Assembly (NCBI GenBank): GCA_963737265.1
Contig: CAVTRY010000014.1
Span: forward strand, 224,001 to 288,000
Direction: 5' to 3'
Length of the DNA: 64,000 nt
DNA from: an uncultured delta proteobacterium
GTDB taxonomy: Bacteria; Myxococcota_A; Polyangia; Fen-1088
The position numbers were made by a program, and so were the translations under genes. The notes under the pieces are model-generated. The model saw only the letters and a program-made list of their open reading frames with translations. It searched no databases and was not told where the DNA came from. Shown piece by piece: positions 52,743-64,000 of this stretch. The first letter of the stretch is position 1. Every line of letters begins with the position of its first letter.

Positions 52743-54917
52743 CTACGATGGTTCAGGCAAAGCTGGCGGCAAGACCGCTGCAACCACCGGCGGGGTCTTC
52801 TCCACCGGGGCCGACTTCATGTCGGCCTTGGCATCGGCCTTGCCGTTGCCGTCGCCATTGGATGGCGTGCGTGCGGCTTCGGCGTCGCGCGCCTCGGCCC
52901 GGCGCTTTTCCCGCTTGCGTTTGAGCCCGCCGGTGAGAATTTCACCGATGAGCGAACGGTAGTCGATGTTCGCGGCGCTGGCGATGAGGCATAAGTCCGA
53001 ATAGTTCGGCGTGAGGCCCGGAAGCGGATTGACCTCGAGAACGTAGATGTCGCCAGCGTCGTCCATGCGCAGATCCACGCGCGCGACGTCGCGACAATCG
53101 AGCGCGACGAACGTTTCGCGCGCGATTCGTTCCATCGACTTGAGCTCTGCTGGCGCAAGCTGGGCCGGGCACTGGTAGTAGACGTGCTTTTCCCATTCCT
53201 GCTTGATTTGGAAATCGTACACCGGCCGCGGATTGGCTTTGTCGAGGAAGATGATTTCCATGGGCGGCAGCACGCGTGGCCGCTTGTCGCCGAGCAGGCC
53301 GACGGTGAATTCGCGACCCGCGATATAGTACTCGATGAGCGCGGGCTGGCGATAGCGTTCGAGTAGCTCGCGCACCACCTGGCGCAAGGATTCCTCGTCG
53401 TCGACCACCGAGGCGTGGGCGCTCACACCCTTGGACGAGCCCTCCTGGTTGGGCTTCACGATAAGGGGAAACTTCATCTTCGGCGAAAGCCGCTCGCGCC
53501 CGGTTTCCATGACCTGAAACTCCGGGGTAAGGATGCCATGCTGGCGCAGCACGCGCTTGGACAGGGCCTTGTCGAGCGCAATGGATAGCGTCGCCGCGTC
53601 CGAGCCGGTGTAGGGAATGCCCATGAGCTCGCACAGCGCGGGCACGGCGGCCTCGCGGTTGCGGCCGGAAACGCCCTCGGCGATGTTGAAAACGATATCT
53701 ACCGGCGCGTCCATGAGCTGGCGAGGCAACTCGGCCGTGGCCTCGAGCGGGACGACCACATGACCGTAACTTTCGAGTGCCTCGCGAATGGCGTCGATGG
53801 TCTCGGGCGCGTCGTATTCGGCCTCGCTGTCGTTGCCGCCTTTGGTGTCCACGCGCTTGACGTTGTAGGTGAAACCGATACGCAGAGGTTCGGGCTGGCG
53901 CTTGCGCCGTCCCACCTGGGGCACCGTCAGTCCCTGGCGGCGCGCCGCACTGGCGACCACGGCCCCGAGGGTGGCTTCGTAGTCGAGGCCTTCGCGCGCT
54001 GTGGCGGAGAACGTGCTCGAGCCCCGTTCGAGCGAGGGCAGGGCGTTGATTTCCAGCAGGTAGATACGACCGTCCTCGCCGAGCCGGAAGTCGATCCGGC
54101 ATAGGTCGCGAATGCCGAGGGTGCGGATGGCTAATTTGGACAGGGCGCGCAGGCGCGCCACGACGTCGCGCTGCAGATCGGGCGGGCAACGCACGGACAC
54201 GCGGTTGGCGTCGGTGGATTTAAGGCGGTAGTCGTAGATGTTGAAGCGACTGCGCACGCTCGGATCGATGACGTAATCGACGGGCGTCAGCACACCCTCG
54301 TCGCCCACGCCTTCGACGAAGGGCACGGTCACATCGGTGCCGGGGATGAATTCCTCGACCAGCACGCCGGCCGGATATTTGCGCAAGGTGCGGGGAAGCA
54401 ATTCGAGCAGGGCGCGCGCATCGCGAGCCACGGCTTCGTCGCTGATGCCCTTGGACGAGCCTTCGTAGTTGGGCTTGACGATGACCGGAAACGACAGGCC
54501 GAGCATGCCGGTGTCGCGACCGCGCTGCATGTCGTCTGGAACCACCATGCGCGCGCGGGGCGTGTCGATACCCTGGGCGCCGAGGACGAGCTTGGTCATC
54601 CACTTGTCGAGCGTCACCGTCATGGCGTAGGCGTCTGAACCGGTGTAGGGGAAGCCGAGCTCTTCGAACAGCGCCGGGTAGAAGGCTTCGCGTGTGCGGC
54701 CGCGGCGGCCCTCGGCGGTGTTGAAGATCAGATCGGGTCCGAACGATTCGATGCGCGCTGCCAGGTGCGATGCCGGGCCGGTGACCTCGATCTTTTCCAC
54801 CTCGTGCCCACCTGCGCGCAGACCGTTGGCTATGGCATCGACGGTTTCAACGCTATCGAATTCGGCCTCGTCCTCGCTGTCGGTTAGACGGAGGTTGTGG
54901 GTAAATGCGATCTTCAC
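52743..54917 (-). CDS. Tandem-duplicated D-Ala-D-Ala-ligase-like ATP-grasp protein
   Basis: Two complete repeats, each with AE(F/Y)D..ET, IFN.AEG, PYTGSD, KPN.EGSSKG, R.D.R, LE.N.LP. Confidence 0.88.
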   Translation of the reverse strand: MKIAFTHNLRLTDSEDEAEFDSVETVDAIANGLRAGGHEVEKIEVTGPASHLAARIESFGPDLIFNTAEGRRGRTREAFYPALFEELGFPYTGSDAYAMTVTLDKWMTKLVLGAQGIDTPRARMVVPDDMQRGRDTGMLGLSFPVIVKPNYEGSSKGISDEAVARDARALLELLPRTLRKYPAGVLVEEFIPGTDVTVPFVEGVGDEGVLTPVDYVIDPSVRSRFNIYDYRLKSTDANRVSVRCPPDLQRDVVARLRALSKLAIRTLGIRDLCRIDFRLGEDGRIYLLEINALPSLERGSSTFSATAREGLDYEATLGAVVASAARRQGLTVPQVGRRKRQPEPLRIGFTYNVKRVDTKGGNDSEAEYDAPETIDAIREALESYGHVVVPLEATAELPRQLMDAPVDIVFNIAEGVSGRNREAAVPALCELMGIPYTGSDAATLSIALDKALSKRVLRQHGILTPEFQVMETGRERLSPKMKFPLIVKPNQEGSSKGVSAHASVVDDEESLRQVVRELLERYRQPALIEYYIAGREFTVGLLGDKRPRVLPPMEIIFLDKANPRPVYDFQIKQEWEKHVYYQCPAQLAPAELKSMERIARETFVALDCRDVARVDLRMDDAGDIYVLEVNPLPGLTPNYSDLCLIASAANIDYRSLIGEILTGGLKRKREKRRAEARDAEAARTPSNGDGNGKADAKADMKSAPVEKTPPVVAAVLPPALPEPS

Positions 54918-55020
54918 TCTGTCGTCGCCACCCGCATGGGCTTGCCTTCTAAGGATAACAACTTAACCAAAAATGAACCGTCCCCGTCAACCGACAATCT
55001 CTCGCGACACCAGGTATTTG

Positions 55021-56796
55021 CTAGCCAAGCAAGATTCCGCCGTGGCTGCGCAGAGCTCCCGCTACTTTATCTTCGAGCGACTTGAGGTCTTCGTTGGGCC
55101 GGACGAGGTAGGCATCGACGCCCAGCTCGAAGGCCTCTTTGACGGTTTCGTACGACGGGTAGGCCGTGTAGAGCACTGACGCGCAATGGGGCAGTAGACG
55201 CTGCGCCTGTTCAATCACGCGCAAACCCGACATACCGGGCAGGTTTCGGTCCGCGATGACGAGGTCGAAGTGGTCGATTTTCAGCAAGCTCAGCGCATCG
55301 TCGCCGTTGGAGGCGGCGGACACGTCGTAGCTACGGCCGAGAAACTCAGCCATGAGCTGACGCCGACTGCCTTCGATTTCGACCACCAGGATGCGAACCC
55401 GCTTCTCTCTCTCCTCCGCGGTGGGTCGGGTCCGCGCCAACTGTTCGTTGCGTCGGGAGAGCGCGCGCCGGATGCGGAAACGCAGGGCTTCGACATCGCG
55501 AATGGGCTTTTCGATGTAGTCCTGCGCGCCGATGTCCAAGGCCTCGATCGCCGAATCGTAGGATGAATAGCCGGTGATCATGACGACCGCGGGTGGAGGG
55601 TCGAGGCCGCGGGCGATGCGCAGAACTTCGAGCCCCGAAGCACCGGGCAGGTTCTTGTCGGTGAGCACGAGGTCGAAGCTGCGCTTCCGCATCAGGTCGA
55701 TGGCTTCTTCGGCCGAGGCTGCCGTGGTCACGCGGTAACCGCTCCGGCGCAAAAGCTCGCGCAGCACGGTAAGCACGACGACTTCGTCATCGACCACGAG
55801 CACTTCGTGGGCAGAGGGAACGATGGCGGATGGGCCTTTCGCCGTCGCGTCGGCAATCAGGCGTGCGTCGAGATCCTGGGTCGGCGCCGGAACGATCCGC
55901 GTGGGATCTTCCATGAAACCGAAGCGGGTCAGCGTTTCGGCGAGCTGGCGGCCGGTGAGCTCGGCACGCCGGCGTGTGGCGGCGGCGGCTACCACGCGGC
56001 CGAGGTTGGGCAAGCGGTCGCGTCCAAGATAGGCGCGCACGCCACCGTAAATAGCCGCGGAAAGGCGGTCGGCCGTCGGTGTTGAATCCACGGCCACCAC
56101 GGCGGCTCCGGCGGAACGATGGCGTGCCTCGCGCAGGCGCAGCTCCACGCGATCCGCGGCACCCAGGCCGACGACGATAACGTCGGCTTGGCCCTGCGAC
56201 GGGGCGCCCCCCGTGACGCGGGCAAGCTCTCCATCGCCCAGCACGGCCACCACGGGATCGAGCAAACTCGCTTCGAGCACCGAGGCCAGCGCGCCTTCCA
56301 GCGCCGGTTCGAGGGTGCGAAGCGCGGCACGATTGCGCGCTATCGCGTGGCTCAGCATGAGCGCGCGGGTGCGGGCGCGGCGACAAGAAGCGAGGTAGCG
56401 AAGATGGGCACGGAACAGAGCATCGCTGGCGGGCAGCGGCCGGGGAAGGACCGCGGTGGCGTCCTGCGAGAACATCTCCGAGGCTTGCGCGGGATCGCCG
56501 GCAATGACCGAGACGATGTCGGCGAAGGGCCGAATTTCGCGGGCTGCCGCAAAAACGTTGCGCTGCAAGTAGGAGGTGTCCTGATCGAGTACGACGAGCT
56601 CGAAAGACTCCTCGGCCAACCGCTCGAGCGCGATTTCCGCGGAAGGTATTTCCACGACCTCGCCTTCGGCACTGAGCGCCGCCACCATCCGGCCGCGATC
56701 CGACGCCACGGCCACGCCCACCAAGAAACGTTCCTTGGAAAGACGGGCCGCGGCGCGAAGCGCGACCAGGACTTCTGCGGAGCCGGGAGCCGACAT
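55021..56796 (-). CDS. Multi-receiver response regulator
   Basis: VLVVDDE...LVLTDKNLPGASG...KP, a second ADRNLPGMSG receiver and degenerate N-terminal receivers. Confidence 0.85.
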   Translation of the reverse strand: MSAPGSAEVLVALRAAARLSKERFLVGVAVASDRGRMVAALSAEGEVVEIPSAEIALERLAEESFELVVLDQDTSYLQRNVFAAAREIRPFADIVSVIAGDPAQASEMFSQDATAVLPRPLPASDALFRAHLRYLASCRRARTRALMLSHAIARNRAALRTLEPALEGALASVLEASLLDPVVAVLGDGELARVTGGAPSQGQADVIVVGLGAADRVELRLREARHRSAGAAVVAVDSTPTADRLSAAIYGGVRAYLGRDRLPNLGRVVAAAATRRRAELTGRQLAETLTRFGFMEDPTRIVPAPTQDLDARLIADATAKGPSAIVPSAHEVLVVDDEVVVLTVLRELLRRSGYRVTTAASAEEAIDLMRKRSFDLVLTDKNLPGASGLEVLRIARGLDPPPAVVMITGYSSYDSAIEALDIGAQDYIEKPIRDVEALRFRIRRALSRRNEQLARTRPTAEEREKRVRILVVEIEGSRRQLMAEFLGRSYDVSAASNGDDALSLLKIDHFDLVIADRNLPGMSGLRVIEQAQRLLPHCASVLYTAYPSYETVKEAFELGVDAYLVRPNEDLKSLEDKVAGALRSHGGILLG

Positions 56797-56891
56797 CAGG
56801 CCCTATTCTAGGACACGGCTTCGCGAAGTGATCACTTAGATGACGAAAACCGTGCCGAACGCCAACACGGCGACCAACACGGCGGCCAACA

Positions 56892-57587
56892 CTACGCCAA
56901 CGACCGCAGACCTTCTCGGTCGGCCAGGATCACCTTGCGGCCCTCGGTGTGGATGAGGCCCTTGCGCTTGAACTGCGACAACGTCAGGGACACCGTCTCG
57001 CGGGTCGACCCGATGAGGTTGGCCATCTCTTGATGGGTAATCTTGAGTCCCAACACCAGGCCGCGTCGGTGCTCGACCCCGTGGTCCGACCCCAGACGCA
57101 AAAGCAACTCCGCCAGCTTCGACCCGACGTCCTTGAACACCAACTGTTCCACTTTCGCCTGCAGGCCCCGCCACCGGCTGATGAGCGCGCGCACGAAGGG
57201 GTAGGCAACCTGGGCGTGGCCGGCGATCAGACGATCGAGCCCATTGCGATCCACTTCGACGCCCGTCGTCGCCTCCATCGCCTCGACCATTTCCTCGCGC
57301 GGGCCGCCTTCGAGCAGGCAAGTTTCGCCGAAAAAATCGCCGCTGGTACGGTAGGCGAGCGTCAGCTCTTTCCCGTCGCGTGTGACCTTGGAAACCTTGA
57401 CCCGGCCGTTGGCGATGAAGTGCACGCTGGCCGCGCGATCGCCGGGCAAATACACCACCTGGCGCGCGCGATAGCTTTGGGTTTGGGCGCTTGCCGCGAG
57501 CTTGGCCAGGGTGTCAGCCGGCGCGTCGAACAGCACGGGACACTTGCGCAAAATCTGAATTGCGCGCTTCTCTTCGGCTTGGGGCAT
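56892..57587 (-). CDS. Crp/Fnr family transcription regulator
   Basis: cNMP-binding GDFFGE; HTH ITHQEMANLIGSTRETVS. Confidence 0.94.
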   Translation of the reverse strand: MPQAEEKRAIQILRKCPVLFDAPADTLAKLAASAQTQSYRARQVVYLPGDRAASVHFIANGRVKVSKVTRDGKELTLAYRTSGDFFGETCLLEGGPREEMVEAMEATTGVEVDRNGLDRLIAGHAQVAYPFVRALISRWRGLQAKVEQLVFKDVGSKLAELLLRLGSDHGVEHRRGLVLGLKITHQEMANLIGSTRETVSLTLSQFKRKGLIHTEGRKVILADREGLRSLA

Positions 57588-57641
57588 AGGTCAGCAATAC
57601 CAAGATCACGAAGTCCACGGCAACAAAAATTGTCATCTGGA

Positions 57642-59555
57642 CTACATTTCGCGTTTTCGGCGCGCACCCCTAACCAGCATGAGCCCACCGCCAACAAGCG
57701 CTAGCGAGGCCAGAACGATGAGGGTGATGGCGCGGTGGCCAAGCGATTCCATGCGCTGGTCGAGCCGGCTGCGGGCAAGGGTAATGAGGATGGCATTGTT
57801 GCAGAAGTGGGCCAGCATCGAGGGGACGACGGAGCCACACTCGAGCGCAATCCAACTCAAAAGAATGCCCAGAATCGCGGTTGGGATGAGCCGGTAGAGA
57901 TCGAGGTGAAAGAGGCCGAACAGCAAGCCGGTGATCGCCGCTGCCGCCACGGCGTCGAGGCGCGTGCGCAGTCCGCGCAAGATCGGTCCGCGAAAGACGG
58001 CTTCCTCGCAGATGGCGGGGCTGACCGCCACGAGCAATAAGGTGCCGATCAAGCCGCGGCTCCCGTCGAGCGGAACGAGCGACCGGCGCAGTTGTTCCAG
58101 CATCTCCTTGGGCACGGGCACCAGCCACTCGCTGAAAACGGCGACCGTGGCCCAGGCGCCGCAGCCGACGAGGGCGGCACCCAGCAAGGCGCGACCCGCC
58201 GGGCGAGTCAAGCCCACGACCTTGGCGAATCCCTGGCCGGAAACGCGAGCGAACAGGAACACGAGTCCCAAAAGACCGATCCATTCCGCCGCCAGCAGCC
58301 CCGCGGCCAGATGATGCTGCTCGATGGGCAGGAAGACGAAGTAGAGCAGGAGAAAGGCGAGGCCGAAAAGCGTCAGGGCATCGCCAGCCGTGGTTGTTCG
58401 TGTCGCGCTGCCGGGCTGGGCCTGGCGGCGGGGCGCGGGAACCATGAAGCGTTCGGAATCATAGATGCGCGCGGCGACGGCGAGCGCCGCGGCGGCAAAA
58501 ACCAAGGTGGACAGCAGCGTGGCAAGTCCTCCCGTCCATTGCGCGCGCCCCACCATGAGATCGCGAGCGAGCAGGGTGACGTTCATCCCCGGGATCCACG
58601 CCGCAATTCCGGCTAGACGGTATTCACCGATGGCGCCGGCCATGGCGGGCGCGACGGTGAGAAAGTAGACTGGCAATAGAAGTGTCTGCGCCTCCTTTAA
58701 TGTACGGGCGGTGGCGCCCAGGGCGACGAAGGCCGCCGCGAAGAGAAGGGCGGCGGGGAAAATCACCAGGCTGGCCGCCAGGGCATGGCCCCAAGGCACG
58801 TCGGGCACGACGTGCTGAGCCGCCGCTAGCCGCAGGATCTGCATCAACGTGATGGCCATCGACGCCAGGTTCAGCAGGCCCGTCAGGGCGGCGAGGGTCG
58901 CTACCGCCAAGACCTTGCCGAACATCAAGTCGAAACGCTGGATGGGCGAGCACAGAACGGTCTCGAGGGTTCCGCGCTCGCGCTCGCCAGCGGTCACGTC
59001 GATGGCGGGGTAAAAGGCACCGAGGAGCACCATCAGCACCACGAAGAGCGGCAGGGCCTTGGAAAGCAAGTAGCCGCCTACGCGTGCCTCGGGCGCGATG
59101 CTGCGCCGGTCGGCGGTAAGGCTGGGGGCGCAGCCATCGGGCAATCCCTTGGCGATGAGGTCGCTAAGACGTTCCTCGGCCACGCGGGATTCGTCGCGGC
59201 TGGCGTCGTAGACCAGGGTTAGCTTGGTGGCGTCGCGGCCGTCGCGTTCGATGAGGGCATCGAGACCGCCACCCTCGATATCGGCGGCGGTGCCGGTGGG
59301 TAAGAGGACGAAAAGCGTTGGATTTTGTCGGATCCGCGCCGCAAGGGCGTGGTCGAGCCCGCTGCCGACCAGAGCGACACTGGATGGGCGTTGCTCGCGC
59401 TGTTTGTCGCGGCCGGTGGCGACTTGGGCCGCGAGCAAGGAAAGCAAGGGGTACACGACCAGGGGTAGCAGAATCATGATGGCGAGCGTGCGCCGGTCAC
59501 GCAGGGCTTCGCGCAACTCCTTGGCGAGCGTGATGGTGACGTGACGAAGGTTCAC
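57642..59555 (-). CDS. NatB-like ABC permease fused to a CPBP/Abi (CAAX protease) domain
   Basis: KELREALRDRRT, AGERERGTLE; EEAVFRG, FGLFH, HFCNN. Confidence 0.9.
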   Translation of the reverse strand: MNLRHVTITLAKELREALRDRRTLAIMILLPLVVYPLLSLLAAQVATGRDKQREQRPSSVALVGSGLDHALAARIRQNPTLFVLLPTGTAADIEGGGLDALIERDGRDATKLTLVYDASRDESRVAEERLSDLIAKGLPDGCAPSLTADRRSIAPEARVGGYLLSKALPLFVVLMVLLGAFYPAIDVTAGERERGTLETVLCSPIQRFDLMFGKVLAVATLAALTGLLNLASMAITLMQILRLAAAQHVVPDVPWGHALAASLVIFPAALLFAAAFVALGATARTLKEAQTLLLPVYFLTVAPAMAGAIGEYRLAGIAAWIPGMNVTLLARDLMVGRAQWTGGLATLLSTLVFAAAALAVAARIYDSERFMVPAPRRQAQPGSATRTTTAGDALTLFGLAFLLLYFVFLPIEQHHLAAGLLAAEWIGLLGLVFLFARVSGQGFAKVVGLTRPAGRALLGAALVGCGAWATVAVFSEWLVPVPKEMLEQLRRSLVPLDGSRGLIGTLLLVAVSPAICEEAVFRGPILRGLRTRLDAVAAAAITGLLFGLFHLDLYRLIPTAILGILLSWIALECGSVVPSMLAHFCNNAILITLARSRLDQRMESLGHRAITLIVLASLALVGGGLMLVRGARRKREM

Positions 59556-60289
59556 GTCGGGGCTCCGCGGTCTTCCACCAGCTTGAGAAAGGCCTCCTCA
59601 AGCGTCCCTGCGCCCAAGCTGGCGCGGATCGCGGATGGGGTTCCTTCGCGCAGAAGCCGGCCGCAGTGTAGAAAGCCGATGCGGTCGCACAGCAAATCGG
59701 CTTCCGCCAGGTAGTGCGTGGAAAACAGGATGGCCTTGCCGCGCGCGCTCTCGCCCAGGATGAAGTCACGCATGAATCGGCTGGCCAGCACATCGAGGCC
59801 GCTCGTCGGCTCGTCGAGAATCAGCACTGCGGGGTCATGAAGAACGGCGCGCGCGATGGACACGCGCTGGCGCTCGCCGGTCGAGAGCACCTCGCAACGG
59901 CGGTCGAAAATTGCGTCGAGTGCCAGGTCACGAGCGAGCACCTTGGCGCGCGCGCGGATCTGGCGACGGGAAAGACCGTGGATTTGTCCGAAATAGTCGA
60001 GCATTTCGCGCGGCGAGAGCCGGCCGAAGAGACCGGTGCTGCCGCTTAGGTAGCCAAGCGCGGTCTTGGCCGAAGCGGACTTGGCGTCGTGGCCGGCAAG
60101 AGTCGCCCGACCGCTTGTCGGGGAAAGCAAGCCGGCCAGCATTCGCAGCGCTGTCGTCTTGCCAGCGCCATTGGGGCCGAGCAGCCCATAGATTTCGCCC
60201 CCCGGTATCGCCAGCGAGAGCTCAACCACGGCACTCACGGCGCCGAAGGACTTCGATGCGTTGTCGAGAACCGCGAGAGGTTCGGGCAT
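59552..60289 (-). CDS. NatA-like ABC transporter ATP-binding protein
   Basis: GPNGAGKTT, LSTGERQRV, LILDEPTSGLD. Confidence 0.93.
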   Translation of the reverse strand: MPEPLAVLDNASKSFGAVSAVVELSLAIPGGEIYGLLGPNGAGKTTALRMLAGLLSPTSGRATLAGHDAKSASAKTALGYLSGSTGLFGRLSPREMLDYFGQIHGLSRRQIRARAKVLARDLALDAIFDRRCEVLSTGERQRVSIARAVLHDPAVLILDEPTSGLDVLASRFMRDFILGESARGKAILFSTHYLAEADLLCDRIGFLHCGRLLREGTPSAIRASLGAGTLEEAFLKLVEDRGAPT

Positions 60290-60406
60290 GGTGTGCGCCG
60301 GTCCCACTACCCACACCCACGGCAAAAGGAAGAGCGAAAGGAAGAGGAAGCGCCCAGGATCGCGCCTGCCCGAAGCAGCGCGATCCCGAGTCGTTCCCAG
60401 TTGCTA

Positions 60407-60718
60407 CTACGCGACGGCGTCTTTGGCTGCCTTGACCGGACGGGCTTTGATGACCTTGCGGGCTGGCTTTGCCTTGAAGACGGCTTCCAGGCCGGTGAAG
60501 GGATTGATGCCCTTGCGCTCTTTGGTCGCGGGCTTCTTCACCACGACCATACGAACCAAGCCTGGCAGAACGAAGATTCCGTTCTTCTTGAGCTCGGTGT
60601 GGCCGATGGCAGCGAACGTTTCGAGCACGCCTTTGACATCCTTGCGGGTGAGCTTTCCGGCGGACTTGTCAGCGATCGTCTGAACTAGGGCTGATTTGGA
60701 CAGGGGACCTTTGGGCAT
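60407..60718 (-). CDS. HU family DNA-binding protein
   Basis: LSKSALVQ.IA, KPATKERKGINPFTG, KAKPA; AGGAG ribosome-binding site. Confidence 0.92.
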   Translation of the reverse strand: MPKGPLSKSALVQTIADKSAGKLTRKDVKGVLETFAAIGHTELKKNGIFVLPGLVRMVVVKKPATKERKGINPFTGLEAVFKAKPARKVIKARPVKAAKDAVA

Positions 60719-60937
60719 CTTCACTCCTCTCGATTGAATGGGCGCTGGACGCTGCCGTTTGCCCGGCCATGTCGGCCGTACCTCGAACCGGCACCGCCGT
60801 GCGAACGACTGCTCGGCGCACTCTACTCGAAATCCCGACGGGCGTGTCAGCAAAAAACGCCTAAAAACTGGACGTTTCGTTCTCGTTTCGCAAAAAGGTG
60901 CGAGGAATACGCACGTTTGCGGTGGTCCGTCCACCGG

Positions 60938-62060
60938 CTACAGCTGTGTCTTGAGGGCCCGGCGGGAGGCGCGGCGCTCGACGGCGAGGTCGAGGAGGCG
61001 GCTTACGAGCTCTTGGATCGGCACCCCCGAGGCTTCCCACATCCTGGGATACATCGAGATGGCGGTGAATCCGGGGATGGTGTTGACCTCGTTCACGTAG
61101 AGGTCGGCGTGGTCTCGGTCGAGGAAGAAATCCACGCGCGCCATGCCCGCCAGCTCCAGCGCGCGGAAAGTCTCGACGGCAAGGCCGCGCACGCGGGCGG
61201 TAAGCTCCGGCGAAGATATCCGCCGGAATCTTCGCATCGGCGCCGTCGGCGTCCACGTACTTGGCGTCGTAGGAATAGAATCCGTCCTTGTGGTGCACGA
61301 CGATCTCGGCCGGCATGGACGCGATGGCTTCGTCGTTGCCGAGTACGGCGCACTCGATCTCGCGCGCGTTCACGGCCGCTTCGACCAGAACCTTGGTGTC
61401 GTAGCTTAGGGCCGTTCGCACAGCCGGTCCGAGCTCGCCCGCGCTCTTGACTTTGCTCACGCCCACCGAGGAGCCCGCGTTGGCTGGCTTCACGAAGGCG
61501 GGAAAGCCCAGCTCGCCAGCGCGCGCGAGGCCAGCGGTCGGGTCGCGCTTCATGGCGTGCGCGGTGACCATGCGCCAGGGCACCACGGGAATTCCCGCCT
61601 GCGCGAGCAGTCGCTTGGCCACATCCTTGTCCATGCCGATGGCCGAGCCGAGGTGGCCCGGCCCAACGTAGGCGACATCGGCGAGCTCCAGCAGACCCTG
61701 GACGGTGCCATCCTCGCCGTAGGTTCCGTGCAGGACGGGAAACACGACGTCGTCGCTGGCCAAAACAGGGCGCGTTTCATCCGCAACGGTCGCGACCGCC
61801 GTGACCGCGCTTTCCGGGTGGACCGGCACGGTCAGCTCGCTTCCCGCTGCCACCAACTTGAGCATGCGCGGATCGCCGGTGGCATTGAGGAGAGTCTTCT
61901 CGGGCTCGATGCGCCAGTGGCCTTGTTTGTCGATGCCCACCAACAAGGGGTCGAACCGGTTGCGGTCGAGGGCCAGAAACACGTTGCGGGCGGAGAGCAG
62001 CGACACCTCGTGCTCCGCCGAACGACCGCCAAACAAGATGATGACTCGGGTCTTTTTCAC
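60938..62060 (-). CDS. ddl: D-alanine--D-alanine ligase (frameshift near 61220)
   Basis: FGGRSAEHEVS, PVLHGTYGEDG, KPANAGSSVG, YSYDAKY; ARVDFF..NEVNTIPGFT is in the 60938..61237 frame. Confidence 0.93.
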
Positions 62061-62091
62061 GTCCTTCTCTACTTTCCCGGATGCACGGGCA

Positions 62092-64000
<1,909 letters not shown>

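Noticed and set aside
56892-57587. Calling the Crp/Fnr regulator mrpC
   Set aside because: The similarity is family-level only and there is no mrpAB context.

Overview
High-GC bacterial chromosome segment, most likely Myxococcota (Polyangia-like). This is inferred from two DnaK paralogues, an FHA-sigma54 activator next to a Ser/Thr kinase, and lipoproteins with Gly/Thr-rich linkers. The backbone is housekeeping: ruvCAB-yebC, hemW-hrcA-grpE-dnaK-dnaJ, hemH, cysE, a TetR/EmrAB/TolC efflux operon, a HelD-like helicase, argG, a second dnaK, tlyA, greB, hisI, a DinG helicase, asd, HU, ddl and a prolyl oligopeptidase. Three accessory patches interrupt it. (i) 11.9-15.56 kb is bracketed by a 99-bp direct duplication of a host gene 3' end and holds a DUF433/DUF5615 toxin-antitoxin (TA) pair and an IS3 element with both ends intact. 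(ii) 33.4-35.3 kb lies between convergent tRNA-Gly and tRNA-Ala genes and has repeated ATGAGGTA motifs, an internally deleted IS and a ParE/RelE TA pair. (iii) 44-50.4 kb has an istB remnant, a coupled peptide-HAD nucleotidase-AEP/PrimPol-like operon, GH105 and GH6 lipoproteins, a vapBC remnant and two displaced copies of the tolC 3' region. The best novel-system candidate is the HAD nucleotidase plus an AEP-like protein whose predicted metal ligands appear to be replaced by Asn. Many genes carry single-base frameshifts that are probably long-read errors. All family assignments are by eye from motifs; no database search was run.
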